From: Candidatus Planktophila sp.
Lineage (GTDB): Bacteria; Actinomycetota; Actinomycetes; Nanopelagicales; Nanopelagicaceae
Length of the DNA stretch: 64,000 nt
Assembly (NCBI GenBank): GCA_044353885.1
Contig: JBILBC010000001.1
Coordinates: 2,544 to 66,543 of the forward strand
Direction of reading: 5' to 3'
Shown in pieces: positions 1 to 9,959 of this stretch. The notes under the pieces were generated by a model that saw only the letters and a list, made by a program, of their open reading frames with translations, searched no databases and was not told the DNA's origin. The translations under genes and the position numbers were made by a program. Within the stretch, counting starts at the first letter, position 1. Each line of letters begins with the position of its first letter.

Positions 1-998
1 ACTTCACCTGTGCCTGGGCGGATGGCAACGAGGGCAGTGTGCAGATTAGATGGGGCGGGTGTGGGGGTGAACTTATTGACTGCATCGACTGCAGATTGTT
101 GTGCTCGCTGATCCAGAGTTGTCTTAATGACATAGCCACCCACGAGAAGTTGATCTTGGGTAAATCCAAGCTTGCTCAACTCTTTCTGAACAGCATCGAT
201 GATGTAACCCTTAGGGCCACTGAGTTGTCCGGATGTAGTGCGAGGTGCAATCGGTGGAAGCTTTGCAGCCTTAGCCTCTGCCTCAGTGATCCACTTCTTA
301 TCAAGCATTCCTTGAATGACGTAGGCAAAGCGTCTTTCTAGCCTCTCGGCATTCTCTTTTGAGAGCACTGGGTCGTAATAACCAGGTGAGCGCAAAATAC
401 TTGCAATCACCGCGCTCTGTGAAATAGAGAGTTGGTTGGCATTACGGTTGAAGTACTGCTGCGCAGCTGTCTGCACGCCATATGAACCGCGACCAAAGTA
501 AATAGTGTTTAAGTAATTTTCAAGAATTTGATCTTTGGTGAGCGCATTCTCTAATTTGAGTGAGATAACAAGTTCTTTAATCTTTCGTTGAATGGTGCGG
601 CTCGGTGTTAGGAATGCAGTCTTTGCATACTGCTGAGTGATGGTGGAGCCACCTTCTCCATTGAGTGAACCAGATTTCAAGTTATTGAGCAGTGCTCGTG
701 CAATACCTGTTGCACTAAATGCACGGTTGGAATAGAAGTTGCGATCTTCTGCCGCCATCACTGCATTGCGAAGTCGTAGTGGAATCTTTGAAAGCGGCAA
801 GATCTGTCGGTTCTGAGTTCCGATGCGACCGATTTCAGATCCGTTGGAGTATTGAATGATGGTGGATTGACTATTGACGTATGCATTGGGATCAGGGATT
901 GAAACAGTGAACCACGCAAAGGCAAAGAGAGTTGCGCCGGCGACAAAGCCAAAGCCTGCAAGGAATACTCCGGCGCGGATTAACTTTGTCTTGAGCAT
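1..998 (-). CDS. ponA: Class A penicillin-binding protein (transglycosylase domain; truncated by window start)
   Basis: Not in the ORF track; translated by hand from ATG 998: MLKTKLIRAGVFLAGFGFVAG (TM anchor), then GT51 motifs EDRNFY, GGSTITQQYAK, RKIKE, KDQILENYLNTIYFG. The frame runs off the window. Confidence 0.92.
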   Translation of the reverse strand, partial: MLKTKLIRAGVFLAGFGFVAGATLFAFAWFTVSIPDPNAYVNSQSTIIQYSNGSEIGRIGTQNRQILPLSKIPLRLRNAVMAAEDRNFYSNRAFSATGIARALLNNLKSGSLNGEGGSTITQQYAKTAFLTPSRTIQRKIKELVISLKLENALTKDQILENYLNTIYFGRGSYGVQTAAQQYFNRNANQLSISQSAVIASILRSPGYYDPVLSKENAERLERRFAYVIQGMLDKKWITEAEAKAAKLPPIAPRTTSGQLSGPKGYIIDAVQKELSKLGFTQDQLLVGGYVIKTTLDQRAQQSAVDAVNKFTPTPAPSNLHTALVAIRPGTGE

Positions 999-1024
999 AT
1001 GACTAGATTACTGGGGAAATAGAA

Positions 1025-1441
1025 CTACTTCAGCGAGGCAAAGTCTTCGTCTTCAAGTGTTCGTGTTTTGCGAGGCGCTTTACGCTCGCGACCGTCTCCG
1101 AGTAAGTAGGTGGCGCAGAGATGATTCCACGAACAGTCGCGGCAAACCTCAACTACATACACAGAGAATTCTCCGAATTTAGATTCCATCTCTAATAACT
1201 CATCGCCATTCTTAATGCGCCCTGAGTACTGGCCGAGTTGATCGCCAAATGTGTAGCGAAGTTCAACGAGTGAATCCTTCTTGCAGACCGGGCACTTTCT
1301 CCCCGCCTTCTCACCATGGTGCTTGGCAGCGCGCATCAAGTAAGGATCTGCATCGCATGCATCGACTACTCCACGAAAGAGTGCGAGCAGGGTCGCGCGC
1401 TTATCAAGTGAATAGTCGATGAACCCACGCTTTGTTTTCAT
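1025..1441 (-). CDS. DUF5318 family protein (Rv0049-like, usually next to ponA)
   Basis: IDYSLDKRATL, DACDADPYLMRAAKHHGE, CPVC, YVVEVCRDCSWNHL. ATG 1441 preferred over the ORF-track TTG at 1462. Confidence 0.8.
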   Translation of the reverse strand: MKTKRGFIDYSLDKRATLLALFRGVVDACDADPYLMRAAKHHGEKAGRKCPVCKKDSLVELRYTFGDQLGQYSGRIKNGDELLEMESKFGEFSVYVVEVCRDCSWNHLCATYLLGDGRERKAPRKTRTLEDEDFASLK

Positions 1442-1484
1442 AGCAGGAGAAGAATAATCCAAATTCTTTAACTACGCTTACTTC

Positions 1485-2762
1485 ATGACCTTTTGGCAGC
1501 TGTTACGAGATGTCAAACTCTTTCGCCTGCTTCGCGTGCGGTGGACAGGTCAACTCACAGATGGAATCTTTCAAAGCGCACTTGCATCCTTTGTTCTCTT
1601 CTCTCCAGAGCGACAAGCACGTGCGGTAAATGCTGCAGTTGCATTTGCTGTCGTCTTACTTCCATATTCCATCGTTGGTCCATTTGTTGGCACCATCTTG
1701 GATCGGTTCTCAAGACAGCGTGCAATCTTCTTTGCCAACATCACTCGCGCTGCAACGCTTGTAATTATTGCCTTACTTATGTTTAACGATTACACAGGTG
1801 TTGAGATAACAGTCTTTGTACTTATTGCATTCGGTGTGAATAGATTAATTCTTGCAGGACTTTCTGCAGGTATTCCTTTAGTAACAACTCCACATTCCCT
1901 TATCTCTGCAAACGCTATTGCCGTCACGGGTGGATCTGTCTGGGTTGTGCTCGGTGGTGGAATTGGTCTTGGCGTTCGCCAATTACTTGACGCCAGTGCA
2001 TCTGCCGATCATGCCGATGCCATCATTATTCTTCTTGGTGCATGTGGTTTTCTTGCTGCAGCACTCCTTGCAGGGCTGCTCAAGAAAGATGAAATTGGCC
2101 CACTTCCTCATGAGAAAGTTCGAGGAAGCTTTACGCAGGGCCTGCGCGAGATGCGCGATGGATATAAATTCCTTGAAGAACATGCAGATGCTGCGCGCGG
2201 CATTGCAGCAACTGCTATCCATCGCGGTGGCCTGACAGCTTTTACTCTGACTGCACTTTTATTAGAGCGCAATACATTTAATGATCCTGCAGATAGTGAG
2301 GCAGGCCTTACTGGCTTAAGTCTTACGCTCTCCATCGCTGCAGTGGGCTTTGTTATCGGTGCCATTGCCGCTCCTTATGGCGTGAGAAAGGTAGGACGCC
2401 ATCGCTGGATGCGCTTATCTATTGGGGCCGCAAGTATCAGCGCACTCTTTCTCGTCTTTGATCGCACTCCAGTATTACTCGCACTCACCGCTTTCTTTAC
2501 AGCGCTCTGTGGACAGAGTGTGAAGGTGACAAATGATGCACTTGTGCAATCGAAGATTGATGATGTATTCCGTGGTCGCGTCTTTGCTGTCTATGACGTA
2601 TTAGTCAATGGCGCAATTGTTACAGGCGCATTGATTGCTGCATGGGTATTACCTATCAGTGGCGACACATGGATATTGCCGCTGATGATCTCTGTGGCAT
2701 GGGCACTTGTTGCACTTGTGCTCTTGCGCCCACAGAAGTTCTTTCTTAAGGGTGTCGCCTAG
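1485..2762 (+). CDS. MFS transporter
   Basis: 425 aa, about 12 hydrophobic segments, MFS motif A-like GTILDRFSRQR, C-half RGRVFAVYD. Confidence 0.85.
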   Translation: MTFWQLLRDVKLFRLLRVRWTGQLTDGIFQSALASFVLFSPERQARAVNAAVAFAVVLLPYSIVGPFVGTILDRFSRQRAIFFANITRAATLVIIALLMFNDYTGVEITVFVLIAFGVNRLILAGLSAGIPLVTTPHSLISANAIAVTGGSVWVVLGGGIGLGVRQLLDASASADHADAIIILLGACGFLAAALLAGLLKKDEIGPLPHEKVRGSFTQGLREMRDGYKFLEEHADAARGIAATAIHRGGLTAFTLTALLLERNTFNDPADSEAGLTGLSLTLSIAAVGFVIGAIAAPYGVRKVGRHRWMRLSIGAASISALFLVFDRTPVLLALTAFFTALCGQSVKVTNDALVQSKIDDVFRGRVFAVYDVLVNGAIVTGALIAAWVLPISGDTWILPLMISVAWALVALVLLRPQKFFLKGVA

Positions 2763-4194
2763 CTTTCCACCACTGCAATAGTTCTTCTGTGGCGCGTTCT
2801 TCACCTAGCGGCCCATGTTCCATGCGCAGCTCCATGAGAAAATCAAGTGCTTTACCGACATCAGCTGATGGTTTCAGTGCAAGCAGTGACATCACTTGGG
2901 CACCATCGAGATCAGGGCGAATCTTTGACAACTCTTCTTCCTCAGAAAGTTTTGCAATACGCGCTTCAAGTCCATCATAGATGCGAGCAAGGCGATCAGC
3001 TTTCTTTGCATTACGAGTTGTGCAATCTGCGCGAGTGAGAACATGTAAATGTGTGAGTAATTCACCAGCATCGCGCACATATCTGCGCACGGCAGAGTCA
3101 GTCCACTCACCATCGCCATAACCATGGAAGCGAAGGTGAAGTGCCACAAGGGTTTCAACTGCATCGATAGTCTCATTATCAAAGCGCAACGCCTTCATAC
3201 GGGCCTTAGATAGGCGCGCACCAACGACTTCGTGATGATGGAAGGAAACCCCACCACCATCAATGAGATTACGAGTCTTTGGTTTTCCAATGTCATGCAG
3301 TAGCGCAGCTAAGCGAATAACAAGGTTGGGACCACCCAGTCGTTCTTCTTGTGCGATGGCTTGCTCAAGAACGGTAATGGAGTGCTCATAGACATCTTTA
3401 TGGTGATGGTGTTCATCAATTTCAAGACGTAGCTTAGGAATTTCTGGCAGAACTAGCTCTGCAATTCCTGTGTCAACCAAGATAGTGATTCCACTACGAG
3501 GATGATCTGACATGAGCAACTTAGTAAATTCTTCGCGCACACGCTCTGCAGAGATAATGGAGATGCGAGATGCCATCGAACTCATGGCAGTAAGAACATC
3601 TTCATGGATATCAAAGTTAAGTTGGCTTGCAAAACGTGCAGCGCGCATCATGCGAAGTGGATCATCGGTAAATGATTGTGTTGCACTCGCTGGTGTGCGC
3701 AGGATGCGTCTACCTAAATCGCCTAGGCCATCGAATGGATCGATAAATTCTGGTTTTGCTCCCGTTAACTCAAGTGCCATTGAGTTGACGGTGAAGTCAC
3801 GACGAGAGAGATCGCCTTCAATGGTGTCACCGAATTCAACATCGGGGTTGCGAGATTCTTCTTCATACTTTTCTGTGCGATATGTTGTTACTTCAACAGT
3901 GGTATCACCGCGTTTGCCTGCAACGGTTCCAAAGAGAATTCCTGTATCCCAGGTGTTATCTGCCCACGCGTTAAGAATCTTCTTGCTCTGATGCGGATGC
4001 GCATCAGTTGTGAAATCTAAATCATTTCCGAGGCGACCAAGAATTGCATCGCGCACAGGACCACCGACGAGGGCGAGGCGAAATCCCTCTCTCTTAAATT
4101 CTGCAGCGAGTGAGCTCGCAAGGGGAGCGCGTTCGATCAGGGAGCGAATAGCTAATTCGCCCGCTGCTCCTAAATTGACCTTCTCAGCGCTCAC
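2746..4194 (-). CDS. cca: CCA tRNA nucleotidyltransferase with HD domain
   Basis: LVGGPVRD, DLDF, RRDFTVN, DDPLRMMRAARF, HD motif ALLHDIGKP. GTG 4194 chosen because the ORF-track start (4239) overlaps the divergent gene. Confidence 0.93.
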   Translation of the reverse strand: MSAEKVNLGAAGELAIRSLIERAPLASSLAAEFKREGFRLALVGGPVRDAILGRLGNDLDFTTDAHPHQSKKILNAWADNTWDTGILFGTVAGKRGDTTVEVTTYRTEKYEEESRNPDVEFGDTIEGDLSRRDFTVNSMALELTGAKPEFIDPFDGLGDLGRRILRTPASATQSFTDDPLRMMRAARFASQLNFDIHEDVLTAMSSMASRISIISAERVREEFTKLLMSDHPRSGITILVDTGIAELVLPEIPKLRLEIDEHHHHKDVYEHSITVLEQAIAQEERLGGPNLVIRLAALLHDIGKPKTRNLIDGGGVSFHHHEVVGARLSKARMKALRFDNETIDAVETLVALHLRFHGYGDGEWTDSAVRRYVRDAGELLTHLHVLTRADCTTRNAKKADRLARIYDGLEARIAKLSEEEELSKIRPDLDGAQVMSLLALKPSADVGKALDFLMELRMEHGPLGEERATEELLQWWKARRHP

Positions 4195-4226
4195 AATAGA
4201 TAAGGGTAGTCGCGTACGATTACTCC

Positions 4227-4835
4227 ATGACCCCGGCACCTGGTGCGGGCAGCGAAGGTACGAAAAAGAAACGCAGGCGCAGACGCCCAGCTAATCGCTC
4301 TCCGCAATCTCAAGATTTAGCGAGCTCTTCCAACCCTGATTCACAGACCCCAAAAGCTGCGCCAAAGAGTTCCAAGGCGAAGGCTCCCTATGCCAAGCGG
4401 GTAGATGAAGTCAGCGCAGGCGGACTCGTCATCGACACAACAGGAAAACTTGGATTGCTGATTGGCCGGCGCGATCAGAAAGATGCATCTGGCAAACGCA
4501 TTCTCTGGTCACTTCCTAAGGGACATATCGAAGAGGGTGAATCACCGGAACAAGCTGCACTTCGCGAAGTGCAGGAAGAGACCGGAATTGAATCAGTGAT
4601 TGAAAAATCTCTCGGTGTCATTGATTTCTGGTTTATGGCAGGTGGCAAGCGCATCCACAAAACTGTTCACCATTATCTCTTCCGTGAAAGTGGAGGTCTT
4701 CTTGCACCGCAAGAGACTGAAGTTGATGAGGTTGCATGGTTTCCCCTTGCAGAGATCGTTGAGCGACTTGCATACCCCGATGAGAAGAAGCTGATTGCGC
4801 GCACCAATGCATCACAAGAGTTGAGTGCGATATGA
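4227..4835 (+). CDS. NUDIX hydrolase (MutT4-like)
   Basis: Nudix box GHIEEGESPEQAALREVQEETG, SAGGLV, WSLPKG; basic N-terminal extension; conserved actinobacterial position divergent from cca. Confidence 0.9.
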   Translation: MTPAPGAGSEGTKKKRRRRRPANRSPQSQDLASSSNPDSQTPKAAPKSSKAKAPYAKRVDEVSAGGLVIDTTGKLGLLIGRRDQKDASGKRILWSLPKGHIEEGESPEQAALREVQEETGIESVIEKSLGVIDFWFMAGGKRIHKTVHHYLFRESGGLLAPQETEVDEVAWFPLAEIVERLAYPDEKKLIARTNASQELSAI

Positions 4836-5932
4836 GAAAACTCCTCGTTGCACTCTTCACTCTCTCACTTATAGCAATGCCAAGTGCGCAGGCAGAAACA
4901 CCTGTTATTCGCATCGTTGATAAAGCACATACTAATTTTGATGGAACATTTAGAAACAATGAGTTAGCTGTGACGCTCTTGCCTAATGGCAAACTTGGAA
5001 AATTAATCTATGGGCCAACATCAACACGGCGCACATATGTCATCGATGCAGCACTTATCGATGAAATTCAAAATATGGCAGATGGTTACTCCTTTGCCGG
5101 TGAAGAAGATCCTGCAGGTGCACTCACTGCTCGTGATTGGCTCTCTCGCTTGCGAAGCGTTGTTGCATATAACGATGTTGTGGCACTTCCTTATGGAAAT
5201 CCAGATGAGAAGTTGGCTAAATCTCTTGCGCCGAGTGAACTCAAGTTTTATTCACTCTATGCGCAGACTCAATTAGAAGAGGCGCTAAGGCGCCCTGTCA
5301 GCGCTCAAAATGGTTGGGGAGCGGGTGCTGCACGCGTTGGAAATGAAATCATTTATAACTACACACAGAACCGGCGCATGCTCAGTGGTCTTTCGACCAT
5401 TATTGAATCAGATGAGATTTTCCAAGCTCGTGCTCGTCTTGCAATTGTATTGAACCCACTTCTTACTCGTGATGATCGCGCCTACTTTAGTTATAACCTC
5501 ACAGCGGCAGTTGAAAAGTTATCTAATCGCTTGAAAGTTATTCCTGGTCGCTACCAAATCACATCAAAGAGTGTGAAGCTGCCAATCACTCTGGTTAATA
5601 ACTTTGATACCGCATCTGTTGTGAGCGTCTCATTGATTCCCATGAATTCACGTATGCAGGTGGAGAACATCAATAACATCACTATCGCTGCTAAATCTCG
5701 CCAGCAGATTCTTGTACCAGTTGATGTGATTGCACCAGGTTCAACTCTGGTCCTTGCTCAGTTGATGAATTCAAAGGGGCAGTTAGTCGGTCAGTCCTCT
5801 AAGTTAAATCTGACTGCAACCATTATTGATTCGCGTGTTGCGTGGTTTACAACGGGAGCTGCAGTTCTACTCTTCTTAGGTGCTGTCACACAATCTGTGC
5901 GACGCGTGAGGAGGTCTCGAAATGAAAAATAA
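4832..5932 (+). CDS. Exported, C-terminally anchored protein (short DUF6049/Rv3909-like)
   Basis: Signal peptide (AQA-ET), C-terminal TM helix plus RRVRR; sits between NUDIX and murJ as in other actinobacteria. Family call rests on synteny. Confidence 0.65.
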   Translation: MRKLLVALFTLSLIAMPSAQAETPVIRIVDKAHTNFDGTFRNNELAVTLLPNGKLGKLIYGPTSTRRTYVIDAALIDEIQNMADGYSFAGEEDPAGALTARDWLSRLRSVVAYNDVVALPYGNPDEKLAKSLAPSELKFYSLYAQTQLEEALRRPVSAQNGWGAGAARVGNEIIYNYTQNRRMLSGLSTIIESDEIFQARARLAIVLNPLLTRDDRAYFSYNLTAAVEKLSNRLKVIPGRYQITSKSVKLPITLVNNFDTASVVSVSLIPMNSRMQVENINNITIAAKSRQQILVPVDVIAPGSTLVLAQLMNSKGQLVGQSSKLNLTATIIDSRVAWFTTGAAVLLFLGAVTQSVRRVRRSRNEK

Positions 5933-7556
5933 TGAGCTCTTCCGTGCCTCAGGGATTATGGCTATCGGCACGATCCTCTCTCGCATCACAGGATTTATTC
6001 GTGCACTCCTTGCAGTCGCTGTTCTCGGAACGGCGCTGCTTGCAGATACATACAACGTGGCAAACACAATGCCTAATATTTTATATAACTTACTTGTCGG
6101 TGGGGCCCTGACTGCAATCTTTGTTCCTCAATTAGTTCGATCATTTTCTGACGAAGATGGTGGCCATGCATTTGCATCCCGCCTTGTCACAACAATTTCA
6201 GGAATTCTCTTTGCACTCGTTGTTATTGGAGTGATCTTTGCACCCGCTCTCGTGCGCCTCTATGCACCAGAATTTTCAACACCGGGCTTTGAAACTGAGC
6301 AACATATCGCTGTGGCATTTACTCGCTACTGCCTGCCACAGATCTTCTTCCTGGGACTCTTTACGATGCTGGGCCAAGTTGCCAATGCGCGGGGCTCATT
6401 TGCACCTCTTATGTGGGCTCCGATTGCGAACAATCTCGTTGTTATCGCAGTCTTTGCAGCAATTCTTGCTGTGCAGAACGCAATCACCATCGACTCCATT
6501 ACTGATTACCAAGTGCAGTTACTGGGGTGGGGAACGACCCTCGGTGTTGTGATTCAAGCTTTGATTCTTATTCCTGTTGTGAAGCGATCTGGAATTCACC
6601 TGCGCCCGATGTTGGGTGTGAAGGGTCTCGGTAAATCATTTGGGCTTGCTGGTTGGACTTTGGTCTATGTCCTTGTCTCACAGCTTGGTTACTTAGTAAC
6701 GGTCAATGTTGCAACAAGTGCTGCAGTGCGAAGTGCGCAAGCTGGAATAACAACAGGTGTGGGCTTTACTCCTTATACAAGTGCCTACTACATCATGTTA
6801 TTGCCGTATTCGATTGTCACCATCTCTATCGTGACAGCGCTGCTGCCACATCTATCTAAACTTGCAATTGCTAAGAATGTGGAAGGGGTGCGTAAACAAC
6901 TTATTCGCGCTATCCGCATGGTCGGTGTTGTCACTGTGCCGAGCGCAGTTGCGCTACTTCTCTTTGGCCCACTGATGACAGAAGTTCTCTATATGGGAAT
7001 TAGCCTTGAAGATTCTCGCTATATCGGTTTTGTTCTATCGGCGCTGAGCCTGGGCCTCGTTGCATTTTCTATTAACTTAATCCTTATCCGCGGATTTAAT
7101 GCCTTTGAAGATACGAAGACTCAAGTGACTTCCATTGTGATTATCAATGTGATCTCAGTTGGTCTCTCCTATGTATTCCTTGCAACGCTAGATAGTGACT
7201 GGGTAACAGTTGGTTTAGGTATTGCATTTTCTGCAAGTTACATCGTCGGTCTCTTTATTACGATCTCACTGCTGAAGAAGCATGTTGGTAAGTTGCAGAT
7301 CAGTGAATTTGCATCCCAACATGTCCGCCTCTTGGTGGCAGCACTCATAGGAATGCTTCCTTTCTTTGCACTGGCCCAATACTTCGGCTGGGCATATGAA
7401 GAGACAACGCTGACTATTCGCGCACTTCGACTGCTATTTGTTCTGGTGGGAAGTGGTCTGGGTTACTTACTCTGCGCCAAGCTCTTAAAGGTGAGTGAAA
7501 TCGCAGGTCTTAGAGGCTTCGCCACATCTGTTCTGCAACGACGTCGCAAGAAGTAG
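5922..7556 (+). CDS. murJ: Lipid II flippase MurJ (MviN)
   Basis: SRITGFIR, YNVANTMPNILY, GGALTAIFVP, LLPYS; about 14 TM segments. Confidence 0.93.
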   Translation: MKNNELFRASGIMAIGTILSRITGFIRALLAVAVLGTALLADTYNVANTMPNILYNLLVGGALTAIFVPQLVRSFSDEDGGHAFASRLVTTISGILFALVVIGVIFAPALVRLYAPEFSTPGFETEQHIAVAFTRYCLPQIFFLGLFTMLGQVANARGSFAPLMWAPIANNLVVIAVFAAILAVQNAITIDSITDYQVQLLGWGTTLGVVIQALILIPVVKRSGIHLRPMLGVKGLGKSFGLAGWTLVYVLVSQLGYLVTVNVATSAAVRSAQAGITTGVGFTPYTSAYYIMLLPYSIVTISIVTALLPHLSKLAIAKNVEGVRKQLIRAIRMVGVVTVPSAVALLLFGPLMTEVLYMGISLEDSRYIGFVLSALSLGLVAFSINLILIRGFNAFEDTKTQVTSIVIINVISVGLSYVFLATLDSDWVTVGLGIAFSASYIVGLFITISLLKKHVGKLQISEFASQHVRLLVAALIGMLPFFALAQYFGWAYEETTLTIRALRLLFVLVGSGLGYLLCAKLLKVSEIAGLRGFATSVLQRRRKK

Positions 7557-7584
7557 TCCACCTTCAGGCACTATTCTTTCGGCC

Positions 7585-8514
7585 ATGAGCACTGAAGTTC
7601 GCGAACTCGTCATTGTTGGATCAGGTCCTGCCGGATATACCGCTGCAATTTATGCAGCGCGTGCGCAGTTAAACCCTGTTATGTATGAAGGCTCTGTCAC
7701 TGCAGGTGGCGCGCTAATGAACACCACTGAGGTAGAGAACTTCCCGGGATTTATCGACGGCATCATGGGTCCAGATCTAATGGATAACATGCGCAAGCAA
7801 TCAAAGCGCTTTGGCACAGAACTTATTACCGATGATGTTGTTGAGATGGATCTGACTGGTGATATCAAGATCATTAAAGATGGTTCAGGAAATACCGTGA
7901 AAGCTAAGGCTGTCATCCTTGCAATGGGCTCTGCTTATCGTGAGATTGGTCTTGAGAACGAGAAGCGTCTATCTGGCCGCGGTGTTTCATGGTGTGCCAC
8001 ATGTGATGGCTTCTTCTTCCGCGATCAAACAATTGCTGTTGTCGGCGGCGGAGACTCTGCAGTTGAGGAAGCAACGTTTCTGACAAAGTTTGCAAGCAAA
8101 GTTGTTCTCATCCACCGCCGCGATTCACTTCGCGCATCAAAGATTATGCAAGAGCGCGCCTTTGCCAATCCGAAGATTGAAATGTTGTGGGATACCGAAG
8201 TCACAGATGTCTTAGGAGCTGAGAAGGTAGAAGCTTTACAGCTTCGTAATCTCAAGACTGGTGAGGTTAGCAAGCGTGATTTCACAGGGCTCTTTGTTGC
8301 AATCGGGCATATTCCGCGCTCTGAACTTGTTACATCTTCTGTAACTCTTAATAGCGAGGGTTACGTACAGGTGGAGGGGCGTTCAACGAAAACAAATCTT
8401 GCAGGAGTCTTTGCTTGTGGCGACTTGGTCGATTACACCTACCGCCAAGCAATTACTGCAGCAGGCTCTGGCTGCCAAGCGGCGCTAGACGCTGAGAAAT
8501 TCTTATCCCACTAG
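7585..8514 (+). CDS. trxB: Thioredoxin reductase
   Basis: GSGPAGYTAA, SWCATCDG, GGGDSAVEE, FACGD. Start set at ATG 7585 (MSTEVRELVIVG). Confidence 0.97.
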   Translation: MSTEVRELVIVGSGPAGYTAAIYAARAQLNPVMYEGSVTAGGALMNTTEVENFPGFIDGIMGPDLMDNMRKQSKRFGTELITDDVVEMDLTGDIKIIKDGSGNTVKAKAVILAMGSAYREIGLENEKRLSGRGVSWCATCDGFFFRDQTIAVVGGGDSAVEEATFLTKFASKVVLIHRRDSLRASKIMQERAFANPKIEMLWDTEVTDVLGAEKVEALQLRNLKTGEVSKRDFTGLFVAIGHIPRSELVTSSVTLNSEGYVQVEGRSTKTNLAGVFACGDLVDYTYRQAITAAGSGCQAALDAEKFLSH

Positions 8515-8563
8515 TAACCTTTGAGCCATAGACTTAATTAACGAAAGATAAATAGGAGTAAAG

Positions 8564-8887
8564 ATGAGCGCACCAACTAAGGTCACAGCAGCTGATTTCG
8601 ATCAGGTCGTCCTCAAGAGCAGCATCCCCGTTTTAGTTGATTTCTGGGCTGAATGGTGTGGACCATGCCGCGCAATCGCTCCCATCCTCGATGACATCGC
8701 AGCAGAGCACGGCGCAAAGCTAAAAATCGTAAAGCTCAACACTGATGAAGAGTCAGCAATCGCTATTAAGTATGGAGTGACATCAATTCCAATGCTTAAT
8801 GTGTATGTCAACGGTGAAGTTGTAAAGACAATCATCGGTGCAAAGCCAAAGCCAGCTCTTCTCAAAGAGCTCGAAGGCTTCATTTAA
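8564..8887 (+). CDS. trxA: Thioredoxin
   Basis: WAEWCGPC active site; SD AGGAG upstream. Confidence 0.97.
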   Translation: MSAPTKVTAADFDQVVLKSSIPVLVDFWAEWCGPCRAIAPILDDIAAEHGAKLKIVKLNTDEESAIAIKYGVTSIPMLNVYVNGEVVKTIIGAKPKPALLKELEGFI

Positions 8888-8915
8888 TCAACGCCCTCGC
8901 GGGACGGATTAATTT

Positions 8916-9917
8916 ATGAAAGAGATGTCTCCAGATGAGATTCGCTCTTTCCAACAAGAACGTGGCCTGCATGTAACAGGTGATCTCAACGATGCAACTA
9001 TCCGTGCACTTGATGAATCGCGCTGGAAGCTCGGTGATCGCTCGCTCTATCTACAAGCCTCTCCCTTTATGCGCGGAGATGATGTTGCAGCGTTGCAATC
9101 TCGTTTAACAGAGATGGGCTTTAACTGCGGCCGTGTTGATGCAATTTTTGGTGTGATGACAGAGGCTGCCGTAAAAGAGTTCCAGCAATCAGTGGGTGTC
9201 AAAGTCGATGGTAAGTGTGGTCCTGCGACCATCATCGCACTTCTTCGTCTTACAAAAATTGTTTCAGGTGGAGCACCTGCTGCCCTTCGCGAAAGTGCGG
9301 CACGTAAAAATCGCGGACCAGCACTTGCCGATAAAGTTATTGTCATTGATCCTGCATCAAGTAGCTATGAAAAGGAGATTGTCTATGACATTGCTCAGCG
9401 CCTTGAAGGGCGTTTGCTAGCACTAGGTGCAAGTGTCTTCTTAACGCGCGGTGCTAATAACAATCCGAGTGAAGCAGAGCGAATTACCTTTACCAATCAG
9501 AACAATGCAGATCTTTTAATCTCACTCCACGTTGATACCCACACAAACTCTGCAGCGCGCGGTGTTGCTACCTTCTTCTATGGCAGTGATCAACACGGTG
9601 TGCACTCAATTGTGGGTGAAAGATTTGCATCCCTTGTGCAGCGCGAGATTTGTGCGCGTACTGATTTTCTAAACTGTCGCACCCATGCAAAGACCTGGGA
9701 TTCACTGCGCCTGACCAAGGCTCCTGCTGTGCGCGTTGATCTTGGATATGCATCCAATTCTGGCGATGTTGACCGTCTTGCCCGCCCTGATTTTCGAAAT
9801 ACCGTCGCTGAAAGTTTTGTTATTGCTATTCAGCGCCTGTATTTAGCTGCTGAAGATGATGCAAAGACTGGAACTCTGCGAATTTCTGACCTTCGTAGCG
9901 CTGGCATCCGCCGATAA
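8916..9917 (+). CDS. cwlM: CwlM-like N-acetylmuramoyl-L-alanine amidase family protein with peptidoglycan-binding domains (probably degenerate)
   Basis: PG-binding repeats (FQQERGL..G; GDDVAALQSRL..GF..G.VD..FG..TE.AVKEFQ) followed by Amidase_3 fold (ISLH); located directly after trxA as in mycobacteria. Confidence 0.75.
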   Translation: MKEMSPDEIRSFQQERGLHVTGDLNDATIRALDESRWKLGDRSLYLQASPFMRGDDVAALQSRLTEMGFNCGRVDAIFGVMTEAAVKEFQQSVGVKVDGKCGPATIIALLRLTKIVSGGAPAALRESAARKNRGPALADKVIVIDPASSSYEKEIVYDIAQRLEGRLLALGASVFLTRGANNNPSEAERITFTNQNNADLLISLHVDTHTNSAARGVATFFYGSDQHGVHSIVGERFASLVQREICARTDFLNCRTHAKTWDSLRLTKAPAVRVDLGYASNSGDVDRLARPDFRNTVAESFVIAIQRLYLAAEDDAKTGTLRISDLRSAGIRR

Positions 9918-9959
9918 TCGACGAGCAGGCATCTCAATCTTTGTGGGAGACTAGGTCTT

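Noticed and set aside
3512-3991. Long antisense or alternate-frame ORFs (this one, 18477-19028, 23570-24025, 45982-46452 and many others in the track)
   Set aside because: They lie fully within well-supported genes and show the Ser/Arg/Pro-rich composition typical of shadow frames.
7495-7584. ORF-track N-terminal extensions (trxB 7495, cca 4239, LacI 26748, SBP 26906, GH1 32228, membrane protein 58807)
   Set aside because: They overlap neighbouring genes or promoters; downstream starts match the family N-termini and have SD or leaderless -10 signals.
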